The notes below the pieces were generated by a model, which saw only the letters and a list, made by a program, of their open reading frames with translations, was not told the origin of the DNA and made no database searches. A stretch of DNA of 64,000 bases from Paramecium tetraurelia (Eukaryota): contig CT868040.1 of NCBI GenBank assembly GCA_000165425.1, forward strand, positions 1-64,000. Direction: 5' to 3'. Numbering within the stretch: position 1 is the stretch's first letter; the number at the start of each line of letters is the position of its first letter. Made by a program: the position numbers and the translations under genes. Shown piece by piece: positions 52,522-64,000 of this stretch.

Positions 52522-55500
52522 TCATATTGATTTCCAAGTCTTCTCGAACACATCCAATTCATCCAGCTAGATCGTATCAAACAACAACACATCCTCCTTA
52601 TAGACAACAACCTTCTTATTGTTATCCAACTAAACAACATAATATTTAAGTTAATTATTTTTATTCTTGATCTACCCGACAATAGTGCATTTCTCTAATT
52701 GTTTGGCTCCCTCTCTGCATCTGATATATACGAGATGCTAATGGAAATCCACAATAGAATTCTCGTTGATCTCGAATTTGCAATCCAAACAGAGTAATCT
52801 TTGGTTGTTTTCAAGCAATTCCTTAATAGAACTGGCTTGAGTTTGGAGTTCTCTGGCTAATTGGAATTATTTGCTCATTTAAAATTCTACTTTCCTCACA
52901 TTCCCATAAGAATTGTATTTTAATTGGAGAATCAACATTTCTAAATAAATAATAGAACATATTAAATACATGATGTAAATTAATTACTAATTTGACTGAT
53001 GTTGTCTAATAGATAGAATCGATTGTTTTCATCAATCAAAAGTAGATCATATGAATTATACTTCTGAAAATGACTCTGCAAAATTGAATTGAAATAATCA
53101 GTCAAATCTGTACTTTTTTCATAACTATCATCTGAGAGTGTGACTTTAACAAACCTTACATCTCCATATTACATCTGCTACCTCCTGTATTATTGATGAT
53201 TAATCAAATCATTTGGAATAAATAAGCTCAGAATCTCCTTTCTTTTCTATTTGCTATGAGTCAACTTGAACAAAACATCTACTAAATATATTGAGGCATT
53301 GTCTTCACGCAAGAATTAGGAATACAATTCTTGGAAATTGCATTGTGCTGGATCCAATTGGAAATATTAAGTCACTAATTATTTGAATTCCACATAATTG
53401 AGACTGTTGCCAGATTTGAAAGCATCAGGATGTGAAAATGCACTGTGTTTGACATTGAATAGGATGCATTAATCCATAAAGTATGAAATCGCTTAATCCT
53501 TTGAGATTATATTTTCAGAATTGCAACCATCCCCTTACAACAATATAGAGTACTCCATTTCAGAGATTTGATAATGTCTTTGTAGATCATAATCATCCTA
53601 AAAAATAAGAGTGTTCTTGTATATTGTGTTCACTTATAAGTATCTCAAATCGATTCTCCCTCTGAACTTTTCATTTACAGAGATATCCAAAATTTGAGAT
53701 GAATAAGGCAATTCAAAATATAATTCTTCAGATTCCCTTCTCTACTAACCCTGAATAGTAACTACATTAGTTCCATAATAATCAATTTGATGCAAGTGTA
53801 AAGAGTGAATCAAAATGTAAACTGCGTTGATTCTTTACTTAAACACAAATTTGGTACCAGCCTTGGGTAGGAATATTTGAGACTCTTAGATGTCATACAC
53901 CGATCCTTCGTGCTCTTCAGGAATATCTATAATCTAACTTTATTATTGAGTATTCAAGAGTTTAAGTTAATCGACATGGATGTTATCCAAAGGATTAACC
54001 TTTTGAATCATCTACTTAATGAGATCATCATATTTCTCAAGAGGTTCGAATTAATTTAATAAATAACAATTGTAACTTGCTATGATCAATTTCTCTGGAT
54101 TACAAAGCAGTCTCCCATAGACATTTAATCCAACGATAAATTCCTCCTGAGTTGTGAAGGTTGAGTAATTAATCTCATTTAAAATTCCTCCTACAACACT
54201 TGCGATAACTTTATCGAAACTACCCTCTATGAATCCTATTCCAATTATGTAATCGAATACTCTTAGCCAAACATCAAAATAAAAGAAACCACTGAATAGA
54301 TTACTCAGATGATCCTTAAACCAGCCCATGTTTATTTTTGGGTTATTCAATTTTGGCACTAACATTTAATATCTTAAACATCTTATGATCTTGTAAATTA
54401 ACTCATCGCAGTTTTCCTTTCCATCAAACAATTAAAACAATCTCACAATCAAAAGCAGCTTATCTTGAGTATTATCTATAACACCACATCCATTCACTAT
54501 TCTGTATATTTGATCCTTCCATTAATTCAATCGTTCCATGAAGATATTCGTCCAAACATTATTATATTTGAATTTGATACTGCTTATGTATTATTCTACT
54601 CTTTCACGATTAATCTGTTGTGTTTCCACATCCATGTATTTGTCAATTTCATTAGATACTATATCCAAAATGTTCAGATTTTCATGCCATTCCAAACCAT
54701 GATCATCTGCAAAATTCTTGATCTTCTCATTGAACTATAACAAAATCGGTATCAATTCAACTCTTGATTATTTCGTAAATCCTTTTTTACAAGCAACCAT
54801 TAATTTATCCCTTACAAAACCTTCCGAATTCTAAATTCTATTGTGATATAAATAATAATATAATTATTTGAATCTCCCATCCTTGTTGTCATATCCCTCT
54901 TCAGATAAAAACTCCTAGATTTCTATCAAATCATCTTCTGACTATTTGCTATTAGCCCAAATCTACCCTCTGGATTACAAGGCATCCTCTAAAGATTTTA
55001 CCTTGAATTCCTCCCATTGCTATTGCATACTCTTTCGAGGATCCTTCAATTACCTAATGTAATATTTTAACTCGTTGGCTGTTATTGGCAATTCGACAAT
55101 ATCTAAATAAAAAGGATTAATCGTGGAATTAGTAATTTTGAATCTAACATCCTCATGAAGATCAATTTAAATCATTGGCTAATTGAACTATTGATCCTAC
55201 TACAAATTCTATTGTAAATCAGCTGAAACATCCAATCTTGCGAAATGTCTTCTATTGCTATTCAAATTCTTCTCGAACTCCAAAATTGATATTCTCCCTT
55301 GCATAACCTTCCTTGCTGTTGCAATGAATGCCTAATCCTCAGTTGGTTCTTCCTAGGCCTTTGCCAATATTCTCTCATTGAAATCTTCGTAATCATCAAA
55401 TATTATAAACTCTAAAATGTCCTGAGTTTTAAAGTGAGACAAAGTTATCTCAACATTGGCTCTCCAACCCCTTCCATCTAATTCCATATATGACAGTTCC

Positions 55501-56587
55501 GTTCCTTTTACAAATTCTATCTTCCCTTCTTGCTCTGACTCCAAAGGCTTGAATTGAACAAACAAAATTGGATTTAATAATCTAATATGATCACCTACAA
55601 TCAGCTTAAAATTCGAAAAATGTAAGTCTTTATGCTAAAGTTTAAGTAACTCAATTAATCTCCTATTTTCCTCCTCCTTCTTTTACTATTCTAACAATTC
55701 CTACTATTGCTCCAATAATCTTAAGGCTTCTTATTCTTGTTTTTCTCTCTCCTATCTTTCTTCCATCATCTACACTGATATATTCTTCCATTGTCCCAAG
55801 ATAGATTTCAAATTTTGCTTCTCTAAATTCTGAAAGAACCTCTCATTTTATCTCAAATGACTGAGTTTACCCTATCTAATTGATTCTTATTCAAGCTATT
55901 ATTTTTATTTCGCCTACACAGTCAGAAACTTAAACAAATCCCTGTACTTTTAGGAATCATAGGTTCTTATCTCATTTGAATTGTGCAAAAATGTCGTTTG
56001 CTTCGATTTTAAATCATTTGAAATCTTAGCAGATTACAACTCCAACTTCTTGTTCTAAGCTTCCGTGTATCGCAATAGTGTCTGATATTGAAAACGCTTA
56101 AACACTTTTTCCATGCTCTTCTTGCTTTTTTCCAAAACACCAGCATTTCGAAATTTCAAAAACTCAATAAATCTAAATGCTTAATTCTGAGTATCAAAAT
56201 ATATTGCTGTTGCTTTCTAGAACTGACTCAGCTGTGTCCTTTGTTCCCCTCCTTAGTGACGATCGTAGAGAATTCGAATAGGTTTATTCAGTTACTCGAT
56301 CCAAGGAAATGCGAGTCTTTCCTCATTTGGCAGTTATTCATATTGTTCCTTTATTAGTTAAATGGAAATACTCTAGTGACAACTGTAAAACAAGTAGGAT
56401 AAGGTATAGTTTTATTATTGACTTAAGCCATCTAATTCTCTTATAAGGTGACTTATCTCAGGTACTTTTTTCCTCTTGGCTTTGCCTATTTCTCTATATC
56501 CAAATGAACCTACCCAATGTTGTACTTCCGAGTAACAGCATCGTGTGTTAGATTAAAACTCTTCATAAAATTTTCTGACCAAGACAT
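52522..56587 (-). CDS. Large multidomain protein with a divergent TBC (Rab-GAP)-like region, C2-like and EF-hand-like segments
   Basis: MSWSENFMKSFNL..; DKLMVACKKGFTKQSRVELIPILL and LSNLFSGFFYFDVWLRVFDYIIGIG resemble TBC motifs; ends LDVFEKTWKSI-TGA; 5' part not fully verified. Confidence 0.7.
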
Positions 56588-56749
56588 TGTATATATTTTA
56601 ATTAATATTTTATTTCAAAATTCCCTCACATTAGTAACAATATTATTATCAAAAATGCATTTAATTTAAAGAACATTTTCAAGTTTTTCAAGCCCTTTAT
56701 CAAATTTCTACTGAAAATCAATTGAAAAACTGGTTTCAATTAATATTAA

Positions 56750-58225
56750 ATGAAAAGATATTATGAAAATGGACTTAATGTATTTAAGATCGCTTCTTCC
56801 AGTCTCACTTTTATTATTGAAATATGATGAAGATATAAATCAAGAAAACAAGTAATAAGTTCTACGAATCACATAAAAATAAGTAAATCTAAAAACAAGT
56901 AAACTCAAATGAGAGTATTTAAAAATCTGGTATATAAATGAAGGAGGAGGGCTTGAATGTTAAATTTTGATGCCTAACCTAAATTATTATGAAACTGAAC
57001 ATTAAATTGAATAAGATAAAACCTATTTGTTTAGTTTATATCCTAAAGTACTTAGTCTTAGAATAGGAGGGTTATATCAAAGGGGAGAAAAGGTCTCATA
57101 TTATCCCTTTAAATGCAATTTTTAGAAATTCAAATTGAAGTGAATTGACCTTGGTTCGGATATGCTAGATACGGAATTTAATGTTGTTTATTATAAATTA
57201 AAATTCACTTAAATGCCAATCCATTTCTTTTCAATCAAATAATACTTTATGGGAAGAAACTAAAATCATTCTTGCTTGCTGTATTAATTACTTTAAGAAT
57301 TACTGGAATGACACTTTTATTGTAGTTCTATATAAACAATACAATTTTAAGCTTCTTGTTCTTCTTGATGTATGATTGAATACATGATACAAACAGAAAA
57401 ACTCAAGTTCGATTTCGATCAAAATTAAAATATATAATTGAAAATTTGTTGAATATAAGTTAGGTCACATTTTGAAAGATTCTAAATTTGATGAATAAAT
57501 TAGATAGCAACTGTTAAAGATCTCTTTAATTTAGATAGGAAAGTTTTTTTAGATCAAACCTTAACTTTCATAAAATGTCTTTTAAAATTGCCCCTCAATA
57601 CTAGATATCATTCTTTTAAAGAGAATGATAAAAACATTTCGACGAATATTCATATGGATATTCTAGATGAATATATTTAAAACAAATCTCTTTAAGATAA
57701 TGATATTCAGTAATTTAGTAGAGGTATTGCAATACTTGTTTCATTCCATTAGAATGCAATTATTAGTGAGAGAATTGTCATCATATCGTTTGAGAAAAAT
57801 ATTTTACAATAATTTATAATTCATAAATAGATTAAATTAATTTATCTATCACAATATTTAAGTTTTGAAATGAAAATAAAAGATTATTTCTTGACACAAA
57901 ATTAATTTAGAGAGATAATTACTTTTAAGTTAGAATAATGTTACAATCTTCATAAGCAGAAAATATCATATTAAATATTACAATTATAGGAATCAAATTT
58001 AATAATAGAAATAAAGAAATCTAATATAGTGGATACCTAATTTTATTTTTCAAACTACAAACATATCTAATATTCCAATATTACATGAAAATGAATTCTA
58101 AGGTTAATTGGATTGGCTATGTAAGAAAGCAAATGATGAAAAAAAAGGTTTATATGAATTATGGATTACAAATTTATTTGTGAGTGATGATTTCTGAGAC
58201 TGTGATGGTTGAAATCATCTGATGT
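56750..58225 (+). pseudogene. Decayed gene, weak resemblance to the Paramecium G-x-Y/K-x-G-x-W (MORN-variant) repeat family
   Basis: Protein-like frame (EYLKIWYINEGGGLEC..LRIGGLYQRGEKV) with several in-frame TGA, some at apparent Trp positions (K*IDL, DDF*DC). Confidence 0.35.
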
Positions 58226-58260
58226 TCAAAATGATAATATTATGAAATCTTAAATCATTT

Positions 58261-58280
58261 ATAATAATAATAATAATAAT
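58261..58280 (+). repeat. (AAT)n microsatellite immediately upstream of a start codon
   Basis: ataataataataataataat. Confidence 0.8.
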
Positions 58281-58295
58281 ATAGATAAAAATATA

Positions 58296-59461
58296 ATGAT
58301 GATGTCACCTTTGGGTTTTGCTAATCTATATCTATTGATGGGGCTAAGTGTATCAATAATAATAACAACGCCATGTGCATCTGTTGCTTTGGCAGATTGT
58401 AATGCATCTGGATATTGCACACTAAGTGCTGACTCCTTAAGTTGCCTTAGTTTACCTTGCTATAAAATAAATGAAGTTGGAGCTTGCCGAGATGCAACAG
58501 CCGTAGCTTACGATGCAGCATTGTGTTCTGGATTGAGTTAATTGGATTTACGATATGATAATGTTTGCGGTCCTTTGGGATAGTTGGACTATGCTTATGT
58601 AAGATTACCAATTCAGAAAACAGGATCAGCAACGTATTCAACAACTGGGATGACGGTGAGTTAAATATTGGCAGAAACAGTAGCAGCCACAAGAAATAAT
58701 TTATTAACATAGTTATTTAGTCTAAATTTGTATGCAGCAAGCAATACGGAGTTGAATTCAATTTTATCTCTTTATATTGCCTATAAAGATGACATGACAG
58801 GAGTGACTGGCTTCACAATGTCCCACCCTTACTATATGGAGAAAGCCATCTATGCTGCTCTCCAGAATTTTAGAGTATTGTTTTATGTTATATAACACAG
58901 GATGACACTGATGCAGCTAAGGTTCTAACAACTACATTAACAAATGTTTGGACTTTGAGTGATACGTTGTTGTTGAGACTGAGAACTTTTCGTAAATTTT
59001 ATTCAACTAGTTACTTTTTTGTGAACTTCGCTCACACTCAATTCAGCAGAACATACTTATCAGTAAAGGCATAGTACAGTGTATTCTCATTGAAATGGAA
59101 ACAATACAGCAGTAATGGATATGTGTAATTGATAACATTTGTTCCTAACTAATTCTCCGGGTTTAGTGCAGCACTTAGCGACGCAATAATGTTCAATATT
59201 ATCGACACAACTGGGACTGCTTACGTTCTTACATACACTTTAACTTGGTTGATCACTGACAATACGAAGATTACATGTGCAGCAGAAACTACGTCATTTT
59301 TGCACGTTATTGATAGAAATACTCTCGTTGAATCGACACCCACTGTGGATATCCACACTTATTGTAGTATTAGTGGGACAACGAGAAGATGTGACATTCC
59401 CAGCACAGTTATTGATGCATAGACTCCTGCGGGAAAGGCATTTTATATAGCCTGTTCATGA
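58296..59461 (+). CDS. Secreted/surface protein with a Cys-rich N-terminal module
   Basis: Signal-like FANLYLLMGLSVSIII; periodic Cys (PC..DC..YC..SC..PC..AC..LC..VC); Thr/Ser-rich; one 26-nt intron; ends KAFYIACS-TGA. Confidence 0.8.
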
Positions 59462-59514
59462 TTTTCAGATTTATTTAAAAAATTTAATTAAATATTTTTG
59501 TGAATCCTCTCAAA

Positions 59515-61967
59515 ATGGAAGAAGTTTAAACACGTCTTTAAAAGATTGGACTTGATGAAACAACGATCAAGAACACTCTCAAGGGTAAAAATGCACTCAA
59601 ATCAATTCTTTAGACTCTTGATTTGGTTGGGATTAATGAATGCGATAAGAAAGTATTTATAATTCTTTCACATAGATTGGAAATTTATTATATGAAATGT
59701 CCTAAAATCTAACAGAAGCCCTTGACAATAGAAGAGCTCTCTTGGCTAAGTACATTGTGGAAGGAAAGATTTCCAACAAATTGCAATTGGAAGGTGCTCT
59801 TGAATATTTAAGAACACATACTCATTTGGAATAAGTACCTGCCCAAGACTTTGAGAAGGCTGCTGGTGTAGGAATAGTCGTGACTCCAGAGTAAATTAAA
59901 AACACAGTCGCTGAATTTCTTTAGAGTAAGTAGGATTTGAAGACTATCCGATATACCTATAATTTTTCTGAGTACACAAAATAAGTAAGAACTCTCCTTC
60001 CATTTGCAGAGGGAAAGTTATTGACTTAAGAATTAAACCAATAAATTGAGGCTATACTTGGACCCAAGACTGAGGAAGATTTAAAGGCTGCAAAAACCTA
60101 AACAAAAAAACCATAATAATAATAATAACAATAATAATAATAATTAGAATAATAAGGTGAGGAAGAGGATGATTGCAAATTTGATATCTCAAAATTAGTT
60201 GCCAGAGATCTTGCTACCACTGTCAATAGTGAATAATTACTTAATTGGAGAAAATAGAATTTCCCCTATGAAGTTTTAACCAGATTCCCACCTGAACCAA
60301 ATGGTTACTTACACATTGGTCATGCCAAATCCATCAATTTCAATTTTAGATTAGCTCAACACTACAAAGGTGTCACCTATCTAAGATTCGATGATACTAA
60401 CCCAGAGAAGGAATGCTAAGAATTCATTGATAACATCAAGGAAAACTTAAGATTCCTCGGTTACACTCCATTCAAAACTACTCATGCATCAGACAACTTT
60501 GGCAAACTCTATGACTATGCTGTCTAATTGATCTAAAAAGGCAAAGCCTATTGCTGTTTCTTGAGCAAAGAGGAGGTATACTCTAAATTTTAAACTTTTA
60601 GTCCTCCAAATTAAGAACCGATCTTAAACCTTCCCCATACAGAGACACTCAACCAGCTGAAAACCTTGAAATATTCAGAAAAATGAAAATGGGTTACTAC
60701 AAGGAAAACGAGGTCTGTTTGAGAGCCAAGATTGATCCAACTCATCCTAATCCCACTCTGAGAGACCCAGCCATTTTCAGAATCAGATTCACTCCTCATC
60801 CTCATTAAGGAGACAAATGGTGCATCTATCCTCTCTATGATTTCACTCATTGCATCTGTGATTCCATCGAAGGCATCACCCATTCTTGTTGCACTCTTGA
60901 ATTCGAAGTCAGAAGAGATCTCTATTATTGGTTCTTAAAGGAATTAGATCTCTACAGACCTTTCGTCTGGGAATTCTCCAGATTGAATGTCTCTAACACT
61001 GTATTAAGCAAGAGAAAACTTCACCATTTGGTCTTCAACAACATTGTGGACGGTTGGGATGATCCTAGAATCTTGACTCTCAACGGTCTCAGAAGAAGAG
61101 GATACACTGCTGATTCCATCAACAAATTCTGCGATCTCATCAGTGTGACCAGAAAAGGTAATGAGAATTTCATAGGCATGCATGTACTTGAAAGTTGCAT
61201 CAGAAAAGACTTGGATATCAAGGCTCCCAGAACTATGGCTATCTTGGAACCAATCGTAGCCATTATTGACAATGTTGCTGAGGACTTCTCTGAAGAATTG
61301 GAAGTTGCCATCATTCCAAGAAATCCATAAAAGGGAAATAGAAAGATCCTTTTGACCAAATAAGTCTATTTGGATAGGAATGATGTCAGGTATCTAAATT
61401 TAAATATCAAAAAGAACTGAAGATCATCCTGATTTCTGGGGTGTTGCACCTGGTAAAATTATTGGACTCAAATAATGTGGACCTTTCAAAGTTCTCAGTG
61501 TCACTGCCAATGAAGTCCATCTAGAACGACTAGGAAAGGATGTTAAGCCTAAAGGATTCTTACATTGGTTATCTGTTAAAGAAGCCACTCCTTGTGTTGT
61601 CAGATTGTATGACTACTTGTTTGAAGCCTATGATCCCAATGAACTTGAAGATTACATCAAGGGAATCAATCCTAACTCCAAGATCGTTTGTGCTAATGCC
61701 TTAATGCACAAGTATTAACCCATTTTCTATTATTTTAGGGATCTCTTGAATTCAAAACCAGAAGACAAACTCCAATTCGAAAGGTTGGGCTATTTCAACT
61801 TGGACTTTGATTCCAAGGACGGAAAATTCATTTGGAATAGAACTGTCACTCTGTAAGAGAAGGATAAGATTAAGGCTATTGCATAGGTTGATGGCAAATA
61901 AGTATAAAAAAAGGATGTGCCTTAATAGAAAAAGGATAATACCAAAAAGGAAGCCAAAAAGGAATGA
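59515..61967 (+). CDS. QARS: Glutaminyl-tRNA synthetase, eukaryotic type with N-terminal appended domain
   Basis: [86 protein letters not shown]; 4 short introns. Confidence 0.98.
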
Positions 61968-63152
61968 TATATTATTATTCAAGCAAATAAAATTTGTTTA
62001 ATTAATTTAAATAAAGCTAAAAAAGGATTATTTTTTATTTTTAAATAATGATGAATGAATCCTTCTATAGAATTTGCTTTTAGACCTTAAGAACGCTATG
62101 CGAATTGAAACTAATAACAGGGCAAGAAAAGCTCTATCTCAAGAAGATAGTAGTTCATCAATAATTTTAAATACCAGAAAATTTAGATATTAACTACCTC
62201 TCTCTTTTATTTTTATTCCACATAAAAAAACAAAGGAAATAGTTAGAACTCAAAAATGGCGATCTTTTAATCATAGATGAATAGACAGATGAAGAATAGG
62301 CATGATCCTGTGCACTGCAGAAATTTAGTGAATTTTGTTTATGTATTTTTCTTACATTATAAACTATCTATTGAACTCAAATTGTTTGTTAACCAAAAAA
62401 TTCCGTTTTAATTTAAAATTTCTAAAAGAAAATCCCATATTGCGTATTTTCTATTAAATAATGCAATATTAATACGCATTTTCTTAATCGTATGTATTAA
62501 ATTATTATGTTTAAACCTATTTATAAAAATGACACTTTTGTAATAATTGATAATAAATATTATAATAAAATATAAGCATGGTTGAAAGGAATAAATAATT
62601 ATATATACGCTTTTAAATTCTTTTCACAATTCTTTTCTAATGTTTGGGATCCAAAAACAATTTTAAGTATTTTTGGGTTATTTATTATTGTCATTCAGAT
62701 GGATAAAGATTATTTGAAATTAAGTTTGCTTCTCTGTAACAATTCCATATTAATCGAATAAAAAAAATTAACAAAATTTTCTTTGAGGTATTAAGGTCAA
62801 CATCTAAGTGAAAAGGGAATGCTCTCCCTTCAAGTTAGCGATCAAACTGCATCAATAATATTAATCTGAGAAGAGGGAGATATGCAGAGGGAGTGTGAGA
62901 AAAGAATTGAAATTAATATAATATTGGCTTATATTTTATGATAATACAGTTTAACAGAGTTCTCAATCGTAGTGTTTGTGTTGTTATAAATTTTAATGAA
63001 TGAATATTGAATGTTATTTCTTGGAGAAGCTAAAGGTTTCAGGAAATTAAAACAATTAGGAATGTAAATTGTAGATATAAAATTGCTTTTGATTTGAAGG
63101 GATGAAAACCTTAGTTTTTGCTAAGTAAATTTAGCAATATTAATAATAACAT

Positions 63153-63859
63153 ATGAGCAAGGCAAACAAATTTATTACCACATTATATTAGGTTCTGGAA
63201 GTAATTAATAGCATAAATTTAGAGCAATGAGTATTTCAATTATGTTTCTTGGACCAATAACGGGTCATCTTTCACGATTCATAGGTTAGATGAATTTAAA
63301 AAAGTCGTAATGAAGGATTGCTTTAACTCTATAAGCATTGAATCATTTTATAGGCAGATGTGCTTGTACGGGTTTCGATTGAGGAAGAAGAAAGGGTTGA
63401 AGGAATACTCGCATCCCAATTTTATTTCAGGAAGATTGTACTTAAAATAGTTTAAGCAGTTAGCAAAGAGTTAGGTCTAGTTTAAAGAAAGAGGAAGACT
63501 TAGGCCATATCTGATGACTTGATTAAAGTGAGTAATAGTTTAAAGGAGTAATTTCAAAAGCTAAAAGAGCAATAATATTCTTTCTTATATTAATTGAAAG
63601 TGCAATATGAAATCCATAAAATTCTATCCAACAAAATAAAATGGCTTCTTTCTGTAAAAATGTTATAACGACATTGTAGTAATTCGAAAATCAATATCCA
63701 GAATCTTGGAAGCAATAAATGAGAATCATATTAAGGCTAATAGTTGGATGCAAACCAGTCTATGGAGCAGAAACTTCAGCACCACTTTATGAAATATTAA
63801 AGGATGATCTATTGTAACAAGAAGATTTTTATTCTCCAAAATAGTGGCCATTTTAGTGA
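63153..63859 (+). CDS. Divergent HSF-type DNA-binding domain protein
   Basis: KFITTLYQVLE, VSWTNNGSSFTIH, ESFYRQMCLYGFR, EYSHPNFISG, VQRKRK, then a coiled coil; 3 short introns; ends SPKQWPFQ-TGA. Confidence 0.8.
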
Positions 63860-64000
63860 ATTTACAACTCTTGATTTTAAAAATGTATAAATTTTGTAAT
63901 TTAAATAATAAAAAATGAATAACCCTGTAAATATGTAACTATTATGAGATACTTGTAGTGTCGAATTAATAAGTAATTTAAGACGAATCAATAATGATAA

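Noticed and set aside
60611..61359. Antisense ORFs over GlnRS (and similar ones over importin, T2 and the cNMP gene)
   Set aside because: Shadows of codon bias on the sense genes; no recognisable protein features.
4643..63859. Abundant in-frame TAA/TAG suggesting mass pseudogenisation or readthrough
   Set aside because: They occupy Gln positions in conserved proteins (e.g. EDKLQ in the ATPase) and all intact genes end in TGA; this is the known ciliate code.
1..64000. tRNA/rRNA genes, transposons, retained IESs
   Set aside because: No cloverleaf, rRNA-like tract, transposase or terminal inverted repeats seen by eye; IESs cannot be identified without germline sequence.

Overview
This is not prokaryotic DNA. 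It is the left end of a ciliate macronuclear chromosome, almost certainly Paramecium (aurelia-type). The evidence is mixed CCCCAA/CCCAAA telomere repeats at 15-102, very AT-rich gene-dense DNA, TAA/TAG read as Gln with TGA the only stop (translation table 6), and many 21-30 nt GT..AG introns. The supplied ORF track treats TAA/TAG as stops, so it is fragmented and largely spurious. I re-translated the genes by hand with the ciliate code; exon and start boundaries are my own reading and approximate where noted. After a decayed subtelomere (TPR relic, 746-N gap) come about 26 tightly packed genes: repeat coiled-coil, EF-hand/C2/TM, LanC-like, two trichocyst matrix proteins, AIM24-like, TMEM107, importin-5, Vps8, cNMP-binding, MGRN1-like RING, BAH-PHD reader, two tandem TM-dCache-TM-HAMP-like receptors, bZIP, two HSF-domain proteins, P4-ATPase, chromate transporter, a TBC-like protein, a secreted Cys-rich protein, GlnRS and several hypotheticals. 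The most interesting items are: (1) the bacterial-chemoreceptor-like dCache pair with an altered ligand motif and no recognisable output domain; (2) an EBS/SHL/EPR-1-like probable H3K27me3 reader; (3) GlnRS features that may relate to the UAA/UAG=Gln code; (4) intergenic spacers of only 13-26 nt.
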